Shown here: one piece after another, positions 1-9,651 of the stretch | How positions within the stretch are numbered: the first letter of the stretch is position 1 | How the letters are laid out: each line of letters starts with the position of its first letter | Origin: Pseudomonadota bacterium | Lineage (GTDB): Bacteria > Myxococcota_A > UBA9160 > SZUA-336 | Assembly (NCBI GenBank): GCA_021295775.1 | Contig: JAGWBS010000040.1 | Location: 906-64,905, forward strand | Direction: 5' to 3' | DNA length: 64,000 nt | The notes under the pieces: model-generated | What the model saw: the letters and a program-made list of their open reading frames with translations, nothing else | What the model was told of the DNA's origin: nothing | Database searches by the model: none | Made by a program: the position numbers and the translations under genes

Positions 1-519
1 GCGGGCCAGATCCAGCTTCTCCACCACCTCCACCGAGCCGGTGACCGGCATCGCCAGGGGATGCTCTCCGTACAGCGCCTGATCGATCAGGTGGGAGACC
101 AGATCTTCGGGCGTGTCCTCGGCGCTGCGGATCTCGGAAAGGATCACCCCGCGCTCGCGCTCCACCTCCACGCCGATCCCCTCGGGCAGGCCCGCGGTGA
201 CGAGGTCGGCGAGCAGGTGCATGGCGCGGTCGAGGTTCTCGCTCAGGACCCGCGCGTGCAGGCAGGTGTGCTCCTTGGTGGTGTAGGCATTCGACCCGCC
301 GCCCAGCAGGTCGATCTCGCGATTGATCGCGTCCGCCGAGCGGGTGCTCGTGCCCTTGAACACCAGATGCTCGATGAAATGGGCGATGCCATTGGTCTCG
401 GGCGTCTCGTGTCGCGACCCGGTGGGGAAGTAGAGACCCAGCGAGGTCCCTTCGACCCCCGGCATCGCATCGGAGACCACGACCACGCCGAAATCGAGAT
501 CCGTGCGCCTCGCGGGCAA
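1..519 (-). CDS. M16 family zinc metallopeptidase (pitrilysin-like), N-terminal part; the 3' end runs off the window
   Basis: My own minus-strand translation from TTG at 519 (GGGAGG about 6 nt upstream) gives LPARRTDLDFGVVVVSDAMPGVEGTSLGLYFPTGSRHETPETNGIAHFIEHLVFKGT... It carries the inverted zincin motif HxxEH (HFIEH). The frame is open to position 1, so it is absent from the ORF track (no stop in the window). It is in the usual position downstream of pnp. Confidence 0.85.
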   Translation of the reverse strand, partial: MPARRTDLDFGVVVVSDAMPGVEGTSLGLYFPTGSRHETPETNGIAHFIEHLVFKGTSTRSADAINREIDLLGGGSNAYTTKEHTCLHARVLSENLDRAMHLLADLVTAGLPEGIGVEVERERGVILSEIRSAEDTPEDLVSHLIDQALYGEHPLAMPVTGSVEVVEKLDLAR

Positions 520-547
520 ATTCGCCTCCCCCGGGGTTTGCGGGCGG

Positions 548-2722
548 TCAGGCGCCTTCGGCGTGCTCGGCCAGCGCCGCGCGGCGCGACAGGCGGATCT
601 TTCCGCTCGGGTCGACTTCCAGGCATTTCACCAGCACTTCGTCGCCCTCGACCACGATCTCCTCGACCCGGCCCACGCGGCGGTCGGCCAGCTCGGAGAT
701 GTGCAGCAGCCCCTCGGTGCCGGGGAAGATCTCCACGAAGGCGCCGAACTCGGTCGTGCGCTTGACCTTCCCGACGTACAGCTTCTCGGGTTCGGCCTCC
801 TGCGTGATCTCCTCGACCATCGAGTGGGTCCGCTCCAGCGAGTCGAGCCCGGGCGCGAAGATCGTGCAGCGGCCCGAATCCTCGATGTCGATCTTGGCGC
901 CCGTGGCCTCCTGGATGCCTCGGATCACCTTGCCGCCGGGGCCGATCAGATCGCGGATGCGGTCCGGCTTGACCCAGACGACCAGCACGCGCGGCGCGCT
1001 CTCTCTCACTTCGGGGCGCGTGACGAAACCCGGAAGCTCCTGAGCGGAGTCGCGTTCCATGCAGTCCAGGATGTGCAGACGTCCCTCGCGGGCCTGCTCC
1101 AGCGCCGCCTCCATCACGCCCCAGTCCAGCCCTTCGACCTTGAGGTCCATCTGAATCGCGGTGATGCCCTCACGGCTGCCCGCCACCTTGAAGTCCATGT
1201 CCCCGAGGTGGTCCTCGTCGCCCAGAATGTCGGACAGCACCACGTCGCGCTCGCCGTCGGTCACCAGACCCATGGCGATGCCCGCCACCGGAGCCTTGAT
1301 CGGGATGCCCGCGTCCATCAGGGCCAGCGTGCCGCCGCAGACGGTCGCCATCGAAGACGATCCGTTGGACTCCAGGATTTCCGAGACCACGCGCACGGTG
1401 AACCCGGTTTCGTCCTCCTGGTCCGGCAGGACCGCGCGAAGCGCGCGCTCCGCCAGCGCCCCATGCCCCTTCTCGCGCCGGTTCGGGCCTCGCAGCGGCC
1501 GGACCTCGCCGACCGAGAAAGGCGGGAAGTTGTAGTGGAGATAGAAGTTCTCGTAGTAGGTGTCCTCGATCCCCTCGATCATCTTTTCGTCGCGCTTCCC
1601 GCCCAGGGTCACGCTGACGAAGGCCTGGGTCTCGCCGCGCGTGAACAGGGCGCAGCCGTGCAGGCGCTCGAGTTCGCCGACCCGGCACTCGATCGGTCGG
1701 ATGTCGGTCGGGGAGCGGCCGTCGATGCGCGTACGCGTGTCGAGGATCGCCCGCCGCATGACGCGCGAGCGGAGCTCGTGCAGACGATCCTTGATCTGGG
1801 CGCTGCGGGCGCGGGACTCGGACTGCGCCGCCTCGACCTGCGCGAGCGTTCCCAGTTCGCGCGGCTGGTTGCGGAACGCCTCCATCAGGCGCTCGTGCAC
1901 CTCGGCATCGACTTCGCCCAGGGCCTTGTAGCGCGCCTTCTTTTCCCGAATTTGGCAAGCCTCGGTCAGGCGCGCCTCGGCGGCCTCGTCGACGCTCCGA
2001 ACCAACTCTTCGTCGACGCTCGCAGGCGCGACCTGGCGCTTGGCCTTGCCGGCGCGAGCCACCAGATCGCTCTGGGCGTCGATCAGCCGCACGATCTGCT
2101 CGTGGCCAAAGCGCAGAGCCTCGACCACGTCGGCCTCCTGCGCCTCGCCCGCTCCGCCCTCGACCATCACCAGTGCGTCCCGGCTGCCCGCGACGATCAG
2201 CTGGATGTCCGCGTTGGCGGTTTCCTCGAGCGTCGGGTTGGCGATCAGCTTGCCCCCGCTGCGCACCACGCGCACCGCGGCGATCGGCCCCGGAAACGGG
2301 ACGTCGGACAAGCTGACGGCGGCCGACGCGCCCACGAACGCGAGCATGTCGCAGTCCCGGTCGGGATCGGCCGCGATCACCGTGGCGGTCACCTGCGTCT
2401 CGTCGCGATATCCCTCGGGGAAAAGCGGCCGCAGCGCCCGGTCGATGAAACGCGAGGTCAGAATGCCCTTGTCGGTGAGCTGGCCCTCGCGCTTGAAGAA
2501 CCCGCCGGGGATCTTACCGGCGGCGTAGATCTTTTCGACGTAGTCCACGGTCAGCGGGAAGAAATCGATCCCCGGCCGCGGACTCGCCGAGTTGACCGTC
2601 ACCAGGACGGCCGCCTGGCCGCAGGTCACCAACGCCGATCCGTTGGACTGTTTGGCCAAGTGGCCCGTTTCGATGCGGATGGCCTTGCCATCCACGCTGC
2701 ATTCAACCGTCTCCATGCCCAT
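548..2722 (-). CDS. pnp: Polyribonucleotide nucleotidyltransferase (PNPase)
   Basis: ORF 548..2839. The translation METVECSVDGKAIRIETGHLAKQSNGSALV... has two RNase PH-like halves plus KH/S1-like C-terminal sequence (YVGKVKRTTEFGAFVEIFPGTEGLLHISE). Start set at ATG 2722, with GAGGAG 5 nt upstream. A second ATG lies at 2716. Confidence 0.97.
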   Translation of the reverse strand: MGMETVECSVDGKAIRIETGHLAKQSNGSALVTCGQAAVLVTVNSASPRPGIDFFPLTVDYVEKIYAAGKIPGGFFKREGQLTDKGILTSRFIDRALRPLFPEGYRDETQVTATVIAADPDRDCDMLAFVGASAAVSLSDVPFPGPIAAVRVVRSGGKLIANPTLEETANADIQLIVAGSRDALVMVEGGAGEAQEADVVEALRFGHEQIVRLIDAQSDLVARAGKAKRQVAPASVDEELVRSVDEAAEARLTEACQIREKKARYKALGEVDAEVHERLMEAFRNQPRELGTLAQVEAAQSESRARSAQIKDRLHELRSRVMRRAILDTRTRIDGRSPTDIRPIECRVGELERLHGCALFTRGETQAFVSVTLGGKRDEKMIEGIEDTYYENFYLHYNFPPFSVGEVRPLRGPNRREKGHGALAERALRAVLPDQEDETGFTVRVVSEILESNGSSSMATVCGGTLALMDAGIPIKAPVAGIAMGLVTDGERDVVLSDILGDEDHLGDMDFKVAGSREGITAIQMDLKVEGLDWGVMEAALEQAREGRLHILDCMERDSAQELPGFVTRPEVRESAPRVLVVWVKPDRIRDLIGPGGKVIRGIQEATGAKIDIEDSGRCTIFAPGLDSLERTHSMVEEITQEAEPEKLYVGKVKRTTEFGAFVEIFPGTEGLLHISELADRRVGRVEEIVVEGDEVLVKCLEVDPSGKIRLSRRAALAEHAEGA

Positions 2723-2810
2723 CTGCTCTCCTCGTGCGGCGCGCCGCGCGCAGCCGCGGTGTCGGCTCCGGTTCGTCCGGAGCGTTGAGGGGCGGGTCGG
2801 TTGATGCGGA

Positions 2811-2846
2811 ATGAGCGATGCCCGCGCGGGCGCGCGCATCGCTCAT
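2811..2846 (-). promoter_or_regulatory. Long GC-rich hairpin in the pnp 5' leader, a candidate RNase III/autoregulation stem
   Basis: Perfect 11-bp arms ATGAGCGATGC (2811-2821) and GCATCGCTCAT (2836-2846). The 14-nt interior is itself partly self-complementary. It lies about 90 nt upstream of the pnp start. Confidence 0.5.
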
Positions 2847-2867
2847 CCCACACCGCTGCTCGTGCGC

Positions 2868-2897
2868 GAAAGATAAGACCGGACGTCCGTCCGGTCT
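2868..2897 (-). terminator. Intrinsic terminator/attenuator between rpsO and pnp
   Basis: 10-nt complementary arms AGACCGGACG (2876-2885) and CGTCCGGTCT (2888-2897). On the minus strand they are followed by TATCTTTC. The structure starts 14 nt after the rpsO stop. Confidence 0.55.
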
Positions 2898-2910
2898 CAC
2901 TTTCCTCTGA

Positions 2911-3177
2911 TCACCGACGCAGCCCCAGTCTTTCAATCAATGACCGATATCGTTGCGCGTCCTTGCGCTTGAGGTAGTCCAGCAGCGCCCGGCGCTGGCT
3001 GACCAAGAGCAGCAATCCCCTGCGGGAATGCCTGTCTTTCTTGTGGATCTTCAAGTGCTCGGTCAAGCCGGCGATGCGCTCCGAAAGCAGAGCGATCTGC
3101 ACGTCGCTGCTCCCCGTGTCGCTGGGGGAGCGCTGGTATTGCTGAACGATTTCTCGGGTACGTGCGGCTTCGAGCAA
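2911..3177 (-). CDS. rpsO: 30S ribosomal protein S15
   Basis: ORF 2911..3228 ends ...[69 protein letters not shown]. Start placed at TTG 3177, giving an 88-aa protein that matches canonical S15 length. GGAGG lies 10 nt upstream. The ORF-track start at 3228 is probably too long. Confidence 0.93.
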   Translation of the reverse strand: MLEAARTREIVQQYQRSPSDTGSSDVQIALLSERIAGLTEHLKIHKKDRHSRRGLLLLVSQRRALLDYLKRKDAQRYRSLIERLGLRR

Positions 3178-3281
3178 GAGAACCGGTCCTCCAAAGCGCC
3201 CCCCGTATAGCAGAGCCTCCCCGGGCACGCAACCAGAGTGCGCTGTAAATTACTGTTTCCGAAAGGAAATCTCCCGAACGG

Positions 3282-4163
3282 CTAGCGCGTGCCCTCAAGG
3301 AACACGCGCAGGGTCCGCAGCTCGGGCAGACCGCGCTGCGCCTCGACCAGGGCGACCAGCTTGCCTTCCCGCACCAACTGCACGACCCCCTCCGGCGGCG
3401 CTCCCCGCACCTCCTGCCGCCCGAGCTGGACCCCGTTTCCTACCCGCCGGCTGGTGCGCGCGTCGACCGGAAAGCTCGGCAGAGCTGTTCCGGCCGCCAT
3501 CGGGACAACGCGCTCGGACCCCAGATCGTCGATTCGGTCGAGGGGCACGGCCCCCTCGAGACCGAAGGGTCCGCTGCGCGTGCGGATGAGATCCCACAGC
3601 GTTCCGCCGGTACCCATTGCCTCGCCCAGATCGTGGGCGATCGAACGCAGGTAGGTGCCGGACGTGCAGTCGACCTCGATCTCGGCGTCCGGCGGCTCGT
3701 AGCGCATCAGTTCGATGCGGAAGATCGTGACCTCGCGCGGCTCGAGTTGCACGTCCTCGCCGCGGCGAGCCCGCCGATACGCCGCCTGCCCTCCGCGCTT
3801 GACGGCCGAGAACGGAGGCGGAACCTGCTCGATCCGGCCCTCGAAGCGGGACAGCGCTCGGCGCACCTGCGCCTCGTCGGGCCAGCCGCCCGAGTATTCG
3901 GCGACGCGCTCCCCTTCCCGGTCGTAGGTGGTGGTGCTCACGCCCAGCCGGAGCGTCCCGCGGTAGGCTTTTTCGCCATGCGTGAGCAGGCGCGAGAGCT
4001 TGGTCGCCTCGCCCAGCGCGATCGGCAGCACGCCCGTGGCCAGCGGGTCGAGCGTGCCCAGGTGACCGACGCGCCTCTGACCGGCCCACTGGCGCACGCG
4101 CTGGACCACGTCGTGCGAAGTCAGGCCCGGCGGCTTGTCGATGGTCAAGAAGCCGTCGATCAC
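3282..4163 (-). CDS. truB: tRNA pseudouridine(55) synthase TruB
   Basis: Translation VIDGFLTIDKPPGLTSHDVVQRVRQWAGQRRVGHLGTLDPLATGVLPIALGEATK... includes the catalytic GTLDP motif. The GTG start overlaps the rbfA TGA stop (GTGA). Confidence 0.95.
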   Translation of the reverse strand: MIDGFLTIDKPPGLTSHDVVQRVRQWAGQRRVGHLGTLDPLATGVLPIALGEATKLSRLLTHGEKAYRGTLRLGVSTTTYDREGERVAEYSGGWPDEAQVRRALSRFEGRIEQVPPPFSAVKRGGQAAYRRARRGEDVQLEPREVTIFRIELMRYEPPDAEIEVDCTSGTYLRSIAHDLGEAMGTGGTLWDLIRTRSGPFGLEGAVPLDRIDDLGSERVVPMAAGTALPSFPVDARTSRRVGNGVQLGRQEVRGAPPEGVVQLVREGKLVALVEAQRGLPELRTLRVFLEGTR

Positions 4164-4522
4164 GACTGGCCCTCCTCCGCCGGCCCCTCTCGCTCGGATT
4201 CGCTCGTGCCGGGTTCGGCCAGTAGCTGCTCGATCCTGCGAGCCTCGTCCATCGATCGGTCGCGCCGGAAGTCCAGCTCGGGCACGCGCCGCAAGCGCAA
4301 GCCCTCCGCCAGGCAGCTGCGTACGAACGGCCTGGCCCGGTCGATGGCCGCGGTCAGATCCTCGTCTCCCACGTAGAACACGCGCGCGTAGCTGAAATCG
4401 GCGGAGGGCCTCACCTCCGAGATGGCGAGTCCCCGCAGCCGCGGGTCGGCGACCCGCCGCGCGAAGATCTCCGCGAGCCGGGCCCGCAGTTCGTGGGACA
4501 GGCGTTGGCGAGAATGAGTCAC
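4160..4522 (-). CDS. rbfA: Ribosome-binding factor A
   Basis: 120-aa ORF ...RQRLSHELRARLAEIFARRVADPRLRGLAISEVRPSADFSYARVFY..., in the conserved position between infB/DUF503 and truB. Confidence 0.9.
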   Translation of the reverse strand: MTHSRQRLSHELRARLAEIFARRVADPRLRGLAISEVRPSADFSYARVFYVGDEDLTAAIDRARPFVRSCLAEGLRLRRVPELDFRRDRSMDEARRIEQLLAEPGTSESEREGPAEEGQS

Positions 4523-4535
4523 TTCGGGCGCTCCA

Positions 4536-4859
4536 TCAACCCTGTGCGTCCGGTTCGATTTCGGTCAACTCGTCGAGTTGGACCAAGGTGACGTCGTCCG
4601 CGACGACCTCGGCCAAGCCCAGGTCCTCGACGTAGCGAACCACTCGTTCCAGCGCTGTCCGCAGGTGACGCGGATCCCGTCCCAGCATCACGCAGCCGAT
4701 GCAGACCGAGTGGCGGTCGTCCGGATCGCCCAGTTCCGCCACCGAGGCGTTGAAGCGGTGGCGCAGGCGGTCCACCAGCGAACGCGCAACGCGCCTCCGC
4801 GCCTTGATGGAGTCGGCCTCGGGGACCGACAGCTCGATCAGCGCAGCCCCGATCCGAAT
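4536..4859 (-). CDS. DUF503 (YlxP-like) protein, probably initiated at ATT
   Basis: The ORF track begins at GTG 4775 (MDRLRHRFNASVAELG...). The same frame is open back to the infB stop and encodes IRIGAALIELSVPEADSIKARRRVARSLV, the conserved DUF503 N-terminus. There is no ATG/GTG/TTG in that stretch. GGGGAGG-CGGCC-ATT is at 4859. Confidence 0.7.
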   Translation of the reverse strand: MRIGAALIELSVPEADSIKARRRVARSLVDRLRHRFNASVAELGDPDDRHSVCIGCVMLGRDPRHLRTALERVVRYVEDLGLAEVVADDVTLVQLDELTEIEPDAQG

Positions 4860-4892
4860 GGCCGCCTCCCCGTGAGCGTCCCGCGAGGCCGC

Positions 4893-7520
4893 TCACAGCG
4901 TATCGGGCGTCTCCTCGACCTCGTAGCCCTCGATCCGGTCGCCCACCTTCACGTCGTTGTAGTTCTCGATGCCCATGCCGCACTCGAGCGGCGCCGACAC
5001 CTCGCGCGCATCGTCCTTGAAGCGGCGCAGCGATGCGAGCTGTCCGTCGTAAATTCTCACCCCGTCGCGGATCACGCGCACGCGGCTGTTGCGGCGAACC
5101 GTCCCCTCGGTCACCTCACAGCCCGCCACCGTGCCCACGCGCGGTACCACGAACAGCTCCTTGACATTGGCCGAGGCCAGCACCTTCTCCACCCGCCGGG
5201 CGGGGAGCAGGCCCTGCATCATGGCCTCGGCCTCCTGAAGCAGCTCGTAGACGATGTCGTAGCTGCGCAACGGCACTCCGTCGCGCTCGGCCGCCCGCCG
5301 GGCCGCGGGCTCCGGGACAACGTGGAACCCGAAGATCACCGCTTCGGACGCCTGGGCGAGCATCACGTCGCTCTCGTTGATGGACCCGACTCCCGAATGC
5401 AGCACGTTGAGCTTGACGCGCTCGGTGGAGAGTTTCTCGAGCGCCTCCGCGGTCGCCTCGACACTGCCGCGCACGTCCGCCTTGAGCACCACCCGAAGTT
5501 CCCATTTGTCCGCCTGTCCGAGGGCCGCGAAAAGATCTTCGGCGCTGATCTCCGACGCATCGGCGGGTTCGGTCACCGCTTGGCGCTTGCTCTCTTCGAC
5601 GCGGTGTTCCGCCACGCGCTTGGCTTCGCGCTCGTTCTTCATCGAAACCAGTTCGTGGCCGGCCTCCGGGACTCCGTTCAGTCCGATGAGCTGTACGGGC
5701 AACGAAGGGCCGGCCTGCTTGAGGTTCTGACCGCGGTCGTCGGTCAGGGAGCGCGCCCGGCCGTAAACGTTGCCCACGACAACGGCGTCGCCGCGCTTGA
5801 GCACCCCCTCCTGCACCAGAACCGTCGAAACCGGCCCGCGGCCCTTGTCGAGCGACGCCTCGACGACGACCGCGCGGGCTCGTCCCCTGGCCGGCGAGCG
5901 CAGCTCCAGGAGTTCGGCCTGAAGCCCGATCATCTCCAGCAGCTTGTCGAGATTCGTACCCTCGATGGCCGACACGTCGACGCAGATCGTCTCGCCGCCG
6001 AACTCCTCGGCGACCAGTTCGTGCTCCAGCAGGGCCTGCTTGACGCGCTGCGGGTCCGCGTCCGGGCGGTCGATCTTGTTGACCGCCACAATGATGGGCA
6101 CCTCGGCGGCCCGCGCGTGGTTGATGGCTTCGACGGTCTGCGGCATGACCCCGTCGTCCGCCGCCACGACCAGCACCACGATGTCGGTGACCTGGGCGCC
6201 GCGGGCGCGCATCTGGGTGAATGCGGCGTGGCCCGGCGTGTCGATGAAGGTGATCCGCTGGCCACCGGCCTCGACCTGGTAGGCGCCGATGTGCTGGGTG
6301 ATCCCTCCGGCCTCGCCGTCGACGACGCGCGTCTCGCGGATCGCGTCCAGCAGCGACGTCTTGCCGTGATCGACATGGCCCATCACGGTCACCACCGGCG
6401 GACGCGTATCGCCCTCGGCCGAGTCCGTCGGCCCGCGGGTGGCCTCGGCCACGGCGCGCTCGGTATCGGTCTCGACGCGGATCACTTCGAAGCCGTATTC
6501 GGACGCGATCAGGCTCGCGACCTCGGACTCGACCATGCCGCCGCGCTCAAGCTCGACTCCGAGATCCTGCGCCCGGCGCGTGAGTTCCCGGAGCTTGACG
6601 CCCAACTCCGCGGACAGGTCCGCGACCGGGATCGAAGCTCCCAGACGCACCAGCTTGCGGCGCTCGCCGACCATCGACGGGCGCCGACCCGAAGCGCCGC
6701 GGCGGCGCCTCGAATTCAGCCGCGACTGCTGTTCGACCAGCATGCGGCGCTTCTCGAGGTGCGCCTGGACGTTGCCGCGCATCATGCGCGCCATCGTCTC
6801 CTGCTCTTTGAGATTCTGGCCCTGTACGACCTGCTGGCGTCGGTGAAGCTTGCGGGCCGCGGGTCGCCGGTCCGGGGGCTGTCCAGCTCCGCCCCGGTCG
6901 GGCGCGGCAGCCGATCCCGCAGCCGGTTGCGAAGCCTCGGGCAGCGAGGGCAGCGTCTCGGAAGCTCCGGCAGCGGGAGCTGCGGGGGCGCGCTGTTCCG
7001 AATTCAGCAGCGGGTCGTCGACCACCTTGACGGGAGTGGTCATGCGCGGCGCCGCGGCCGAACTCGCCGAGGCCGCGAGCGGAGGCGCTTCGCCGGTCTC
7101 GGGCGGGGCCGGAGAGGGGACGGGCTCGGGCTCCTCGACCACGGGCTCCACCGGCGGCGGAGATTGAGGAGGCTCGGGCGCGATTTCGGGAGTCGACTCC
7201 AGCGGTACAGGAGCCTCGACCTGGAGCGGCGAGGGTTCGGCCTCTTCGAGCGGAGTCGGCGCCGGCGCGGCGGCCGGCCCGTCTTCGACCGCGCGCTTGC
7301 GGCGGCGTCGACGCACCACGGTCCCACCCACGCGCTTGTCCTCGGTGACCACGTCCGAGGCGCGGCCGAAGCGGCGGCGCAGATCGTCCGCCGTCTCCGA
7401 GTCGAGCCCGGACATGGGGCTGCGGATCTCGATTCCGATCTCTCCGGCCTTGGCGATCAACTCGTCGCGCTCTAATCCGAGCTCTTCGGCCAGCTTGTAT
7501 GCCCGGACTTTCACAGCCAT
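4893..7520 (-). CDS. infB: Translation initiation factor IF-2
   Basis: 875 aa. The N-terminus is [32 protein letters not shown], followed by a Pro/Ala-rich linker. The GTPase core reads [20 protein letters not shown]...DTPGHAAF...NKID. Confidence 0.97.
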   Translation of the reverse strand: MAVKVRAYKLAEELGLERDELIAKAGEIGIEIRSPMSGLDSETADDLRRRFGRASDVVTEDKRVGGTVVRRRRRKRAVEDGPAAAPAPTPLEEAEPSPLQVEAPVPLESTPEIAPEPPQSPPPVEPVVEEPEPVPSPAPPETGEAPPLAASASSAAAPRMTTPVKVVDDPLLNSEQRAPAAPAAGASETLPSLPEASQPAAGSAAAPDRGGAGQPPDRRPAARKLHRRQQVVQGQNLKEQETMARMMRGNVQAHLEKRRMLVEQQSRLNSRRRRGASGRRPSMVGERRKLVRLGASIPVADLSAELGVKLRELTRRAQDLGVELERGGMVESEVASLIASEYGFEVIRVETDTERAVAEATRGPTDSAEGDTRPPVVTVMGHVDHGKTSLLDAIRETRVVDGEAGGITQHIGAYQVEAGGQRITFIDTPGHAAFTQMRARGAQVTDIVVLVVAADDGVMPQTVEAINHARAAEVPIIVAVNKIDRPDADPQRVKQALLEHELVAEEFGGETICVDVSAIEGTNLDKLLEMIGLQAELLELRSPARGRARAVVVEASLDKGRGPVSTVLVQEGVLKRGDAVVVGNVYGRARSLTDDRGQNLKQAGPSLPVQLIGLNGVPEAGHELVSMKNEREAKRVAEHRVEESKRQAVTEPADASEISAEDLFAALGQADKWELRVVLKADVRGSVEATAEALEKLSTERVKLNVLHSGVGSINESDVMLAQASEAVIFGFHVVPEPAARRAAERDGVPLRSYDIVYELLQEAEAMMQGLLPARRVEKVLASANVKELFVVPRVGTVAGCEVTEGTVRRNSRVRVIRDGVRIYDGQLASLRRFKDDAREVSAPLECGMGIENYNDVKVGDRIEGYEVEETPDTL

Positions 7521-7550
7521 CCTCAGATCCGTCCCCGGCAGCGCGGGAAG

Positions 7551-8858
7551 TTACTCCCCGCCCTCGCTGGAGGCAGCCTCGGCCTCGGCGGCCAGGCGAG
7601 CCTCTTCTGCCTCGCGCTCGGCTTTCTCGATCGCCAGCCTCCCGGCCCTCTCCCTCACCTCGGCGGCGCCCTCAGGAGAAACTCCGGGAATGGCGGTGAG
7701 CAGTTCGTCCTCCGCCTCGGCGAGCTCCTGCAGGCTGGCCACGCCGTGGTCGAGCAAGAGCCTGGCCTCGTACTCCCCGGCGCCTTCGACCGCCGACAGG
7801 GCCTCCTCGAGTTCCTCCTGGACCTCGCGCATGTAGCTTTCGCTCTTGATGTCGATCTTGTAGCGCGTGAGCTGGACCGCCAGCCGCACGTTCTGGCCCT
7901 TCTTGCCGATCGCGAGCGAGAGCTGGTCGTCGGGGACGATCACGTCCATCGAACGAGACTCGTCGTCGACCATCACCCGCACGACCTGGGCGGGCGCGAG
8001 CGCCGAGCACACGTAGCGCACGGAGTCCTCGGCGTAGGGAACGATGTCGATCTTCTCGCCGCGCAGTTCCTGAACCACCGCCTGGACCCGGCTGCCGCGC
8101 ATGCCGACGCAGGCTCCGACGGGGTCCACGTCGCTGTCGCGGGACACCACCGCGATCTTCGAGCGCGCACCCGGTTCGCGCGCCGCCGCCTCGATCCGCA
8201 CGATGCCCTCGTAGATCTCGGGCACCTCCTGCTCGAACAGTTTGGTCAGAAACTCGGTGCATGCGCGCGACAGAATGATCTGCGGGCCCTTCGACTCGCG
8301 CAGCACGTCGAGCACGTAGGCGCGGATCCGCTCGTTGATCCGGAACATCTCGCGCGGAACCTGCTCCTTGCGCGTGAGGATCGCCTCGGCGCGTCCCAGG
8401 TCGACGATCAGGCTTCCCTTCTCGACCCGGCGCACGATGCCGTGGACGATTTCGCCCTTCCGGTCGTGGTACTCGTCGTAGACCATCTGGCGCTCGGCGC
8501 CGCGGACTTCCTGGACGATGACCTGCTTGGCGGTCTGCGCCGCGATCCGACCGAACTCCTTGGTGTCGATCTTCATTCCGATCTGGTCGTCGGGCTCGCA
8601 CTCGGGGTCGTGCTCCAGAGCGTCCTCGAGCGAGATCTCGGTGTCGTCGGAGGGCTCGCCTTCGACCACCGTCTTGAACTCGAAGAGCTCCACCTCGCCC
8701 GACTCCATGTTGAACTTGGCCTCGATTTCGCGTTCCGCCCCCAGCTTGCGGCGGGCGGCCGAGACCATGGCCTTCTCGAGCGTATCGACGATGATCGCGC
8801 GGTCGATTCCCTTGTCTTTTCCGACTTGGTCGATGATGCGGCTCAGATCCAGGTCCAT
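7551..8858 (-). CDS. nusA: Transcription termination/antitermination factor NusA
   Basis: The real start is ATG 8858 ([38 protein letters not shown]...), with GGTGGAG 7 nt upstream. S1 and KH regions are recognisable. The ORF-track extension to 9230 is spurious and overlaps rimP. Confidence 0.95.
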   Translation of the reverse strand: MDLDLSRIIDQVGKDKGIDRAIIVDTLEKAMVSAARRKLGAEREIEAKFNMESGEVELFEFKTVVEGEPSDDTEISLEDALEHDPECEPDDQIGMKIDTKEFGRIAAQTAKQVIVQEVRGAERQMVYDEYHDRKGEIVHGIVRRVEKGSLIVDLGRAEAILTRKEQVPREMFRINERIRAYVLDVLRESKGPQIILSRACTEFLTKLFEQEVPEIYEGIVRIEAAAREPGARSKIAVVSRDSDVDPVGACVGMRGSRVQAVVQELRGEKIDIVPYAEDSVRYVCSALAPAQVVRVMVDDESRSMDVIVPDDQLSLAIGKKGQNVRLAVQLTRYKIDIKSESYMREVQEELEEALSAVEGAGEYEARLLLDHGVASLQELAEAEDELLTAIPGVSPEGAAEVRERAGRLAIEKAEREAEEARLAAEAEAASSEGGE

Positions 8859-8871
8859 GGCCCATCTCCAC

Positions 8872-9417
8872 CTATTTCGCGGCCACCGGGCGGTGCCGGG
8901 CGGCGGCCGCCGGTCGCTTGGCCCGCATGCGGGCGTCCGGGGGCGCCGCCGGGACCCGACCGACCGCGGAGGCTTTGGCGATACTCTCGAACGGGATCGC
9001 GAAGAGAGCGCGGTCGACGCGCACCCGGACCTCGCGTCCGTCGAAGGACTCGAGGGGGCCACGGAACCGCCGCCGGCCCTCCAGCGGCTCCCGCGTTTCG
9101 ATCGCCACGCGGCTGCCGACCGCGCGCTCGAAATCCTTTTTCCGCGCCAGGACGCGGTCCACCCCAGGAGAGGTGACCTCGAGCAGATAGGCGCCGGCGA
9201 TCGCGTCGCGGGCGTCGAGACCGTGGCCAATCTCGCGCGAAACCTCGGCGCACTGATCGAGGAGCACCCGGCCGTCGCCCGCGCGGGTGTCGATCACCAC
9301 GCGCACCCGCGCTCGACCACGGCCCGCCTGAATCCCCGCGTCGACGAGTTCAAGGCCGTGGTCCTCGACCACGGGTTCGACGATCGCCCGCAGGTTCTCC
9401 GGGATGTCTCGATACAT
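8872..9417 (-). CDS. rimP: Ribosome maturation factor RimP
   Basis: Start ATG 9417: [30 protein letters not shown]...[14 protein letters not shown]. It is the first gene of the rimP-nusA-infB block. Confidence 0.9.
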   Translation of the reverse strand: MYRDIPENLRAIVEPVVEDHGLELVDAGIQAGRGRARVRVVIDTRAGDGRVLLDQCAEVSREIGHGLDARDAIAGAYLLEVTSPGVDRVLARKKDFERAVGSRVAIETREPLEGRRRFRGPLESFDGREVRVRVDRALFAIPFESIAKASAVGRVPAAPPDARMRAKRPAAAARHRPVAAK

Positions 9418-9453
9418 CGCCCGTTGTCTTCCTCCCCGACCGGGCGTCGGCAC

Positions 9454-9476
9454 AAAAAAAAGCGGACGCAACGCCC
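9454..9476 (-). terminator. Weak hairpin plus T8 run in the rimP leader, a possible attenuator
   Basis: The minus strand reads GGGCG-TTG-CGTCC-GC-TTTTTTTT. This is a 5-bp stem with one G-T pair followed by eight T. It ends 36 nt upstream of the rimP ATG. Confidence 0.35.
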
Positions 9477-9571
9477 ACTTCCCATCCGGCGCTCCGGGCC
9501 GTGCCGCGGATAAAACCCTACTCGGACACGGCCAGCAAAGCCTCGGAAACCGGCTCCGGCCAAGGCCGCAT

Positions 9572-9600
9572 CAGATATCAAAAAGCGCACCCCGAGGCAA
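9572..9600 (-). promoter_or_regulatory. Candidate sigma70-type promoter for rimP-nusA-infB
   Basis: The minus strand has TTGCCT (9600-9595), a 17-nt spacer, then TATCTG (9577-9572). This is a partial consensus match only. Confidence 0.3.
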
Positions 9601-9628
9601 CTCTAGGTGCTTGATTCCTGTGAGGAAA

Positions 9629-9647
9629 CGGGCCGGACCGGGGCCCG
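9629..9647 (-). terminator. GC hairpin immediately after the pyrD stop
   Basis: CGGGCC-N7-GGCCCG lies 4 nt after the TGA. On the minus strand it is followed by TTTCCTC, a weak U-tract. Confidence 0.3.
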
Positions 9648-9651
9648 GCGG

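Noticed and set aside
503-2788. Very long ORFs antisense to, or out of frame with, recognised genes. Examples: 503..2788 +, 4578..7475 +, 12777..16112 +, 22427..23848 -, 37971..40082 -, 55547..57457 +, 62837..63859 -.
   Set aside because: Their translations are R/G/A/P/H-rich with no recognisable motifs, and they lie opposite clearly conserved genes. Long stop-free antisense frames are expected at this G+C content.
8859-9230. N-terminal extensions of ORF-track entries for nusA (to 9230), ruvA (to 19255), yebC (to 20498), lysA (to 32023), recN (to 58342), the response regulator (to 13626) and others.
   Set aside because: The extensions overlap the upstream gene, have junk-like composition, and canonical family N-termini with SD sites are found further downstream.
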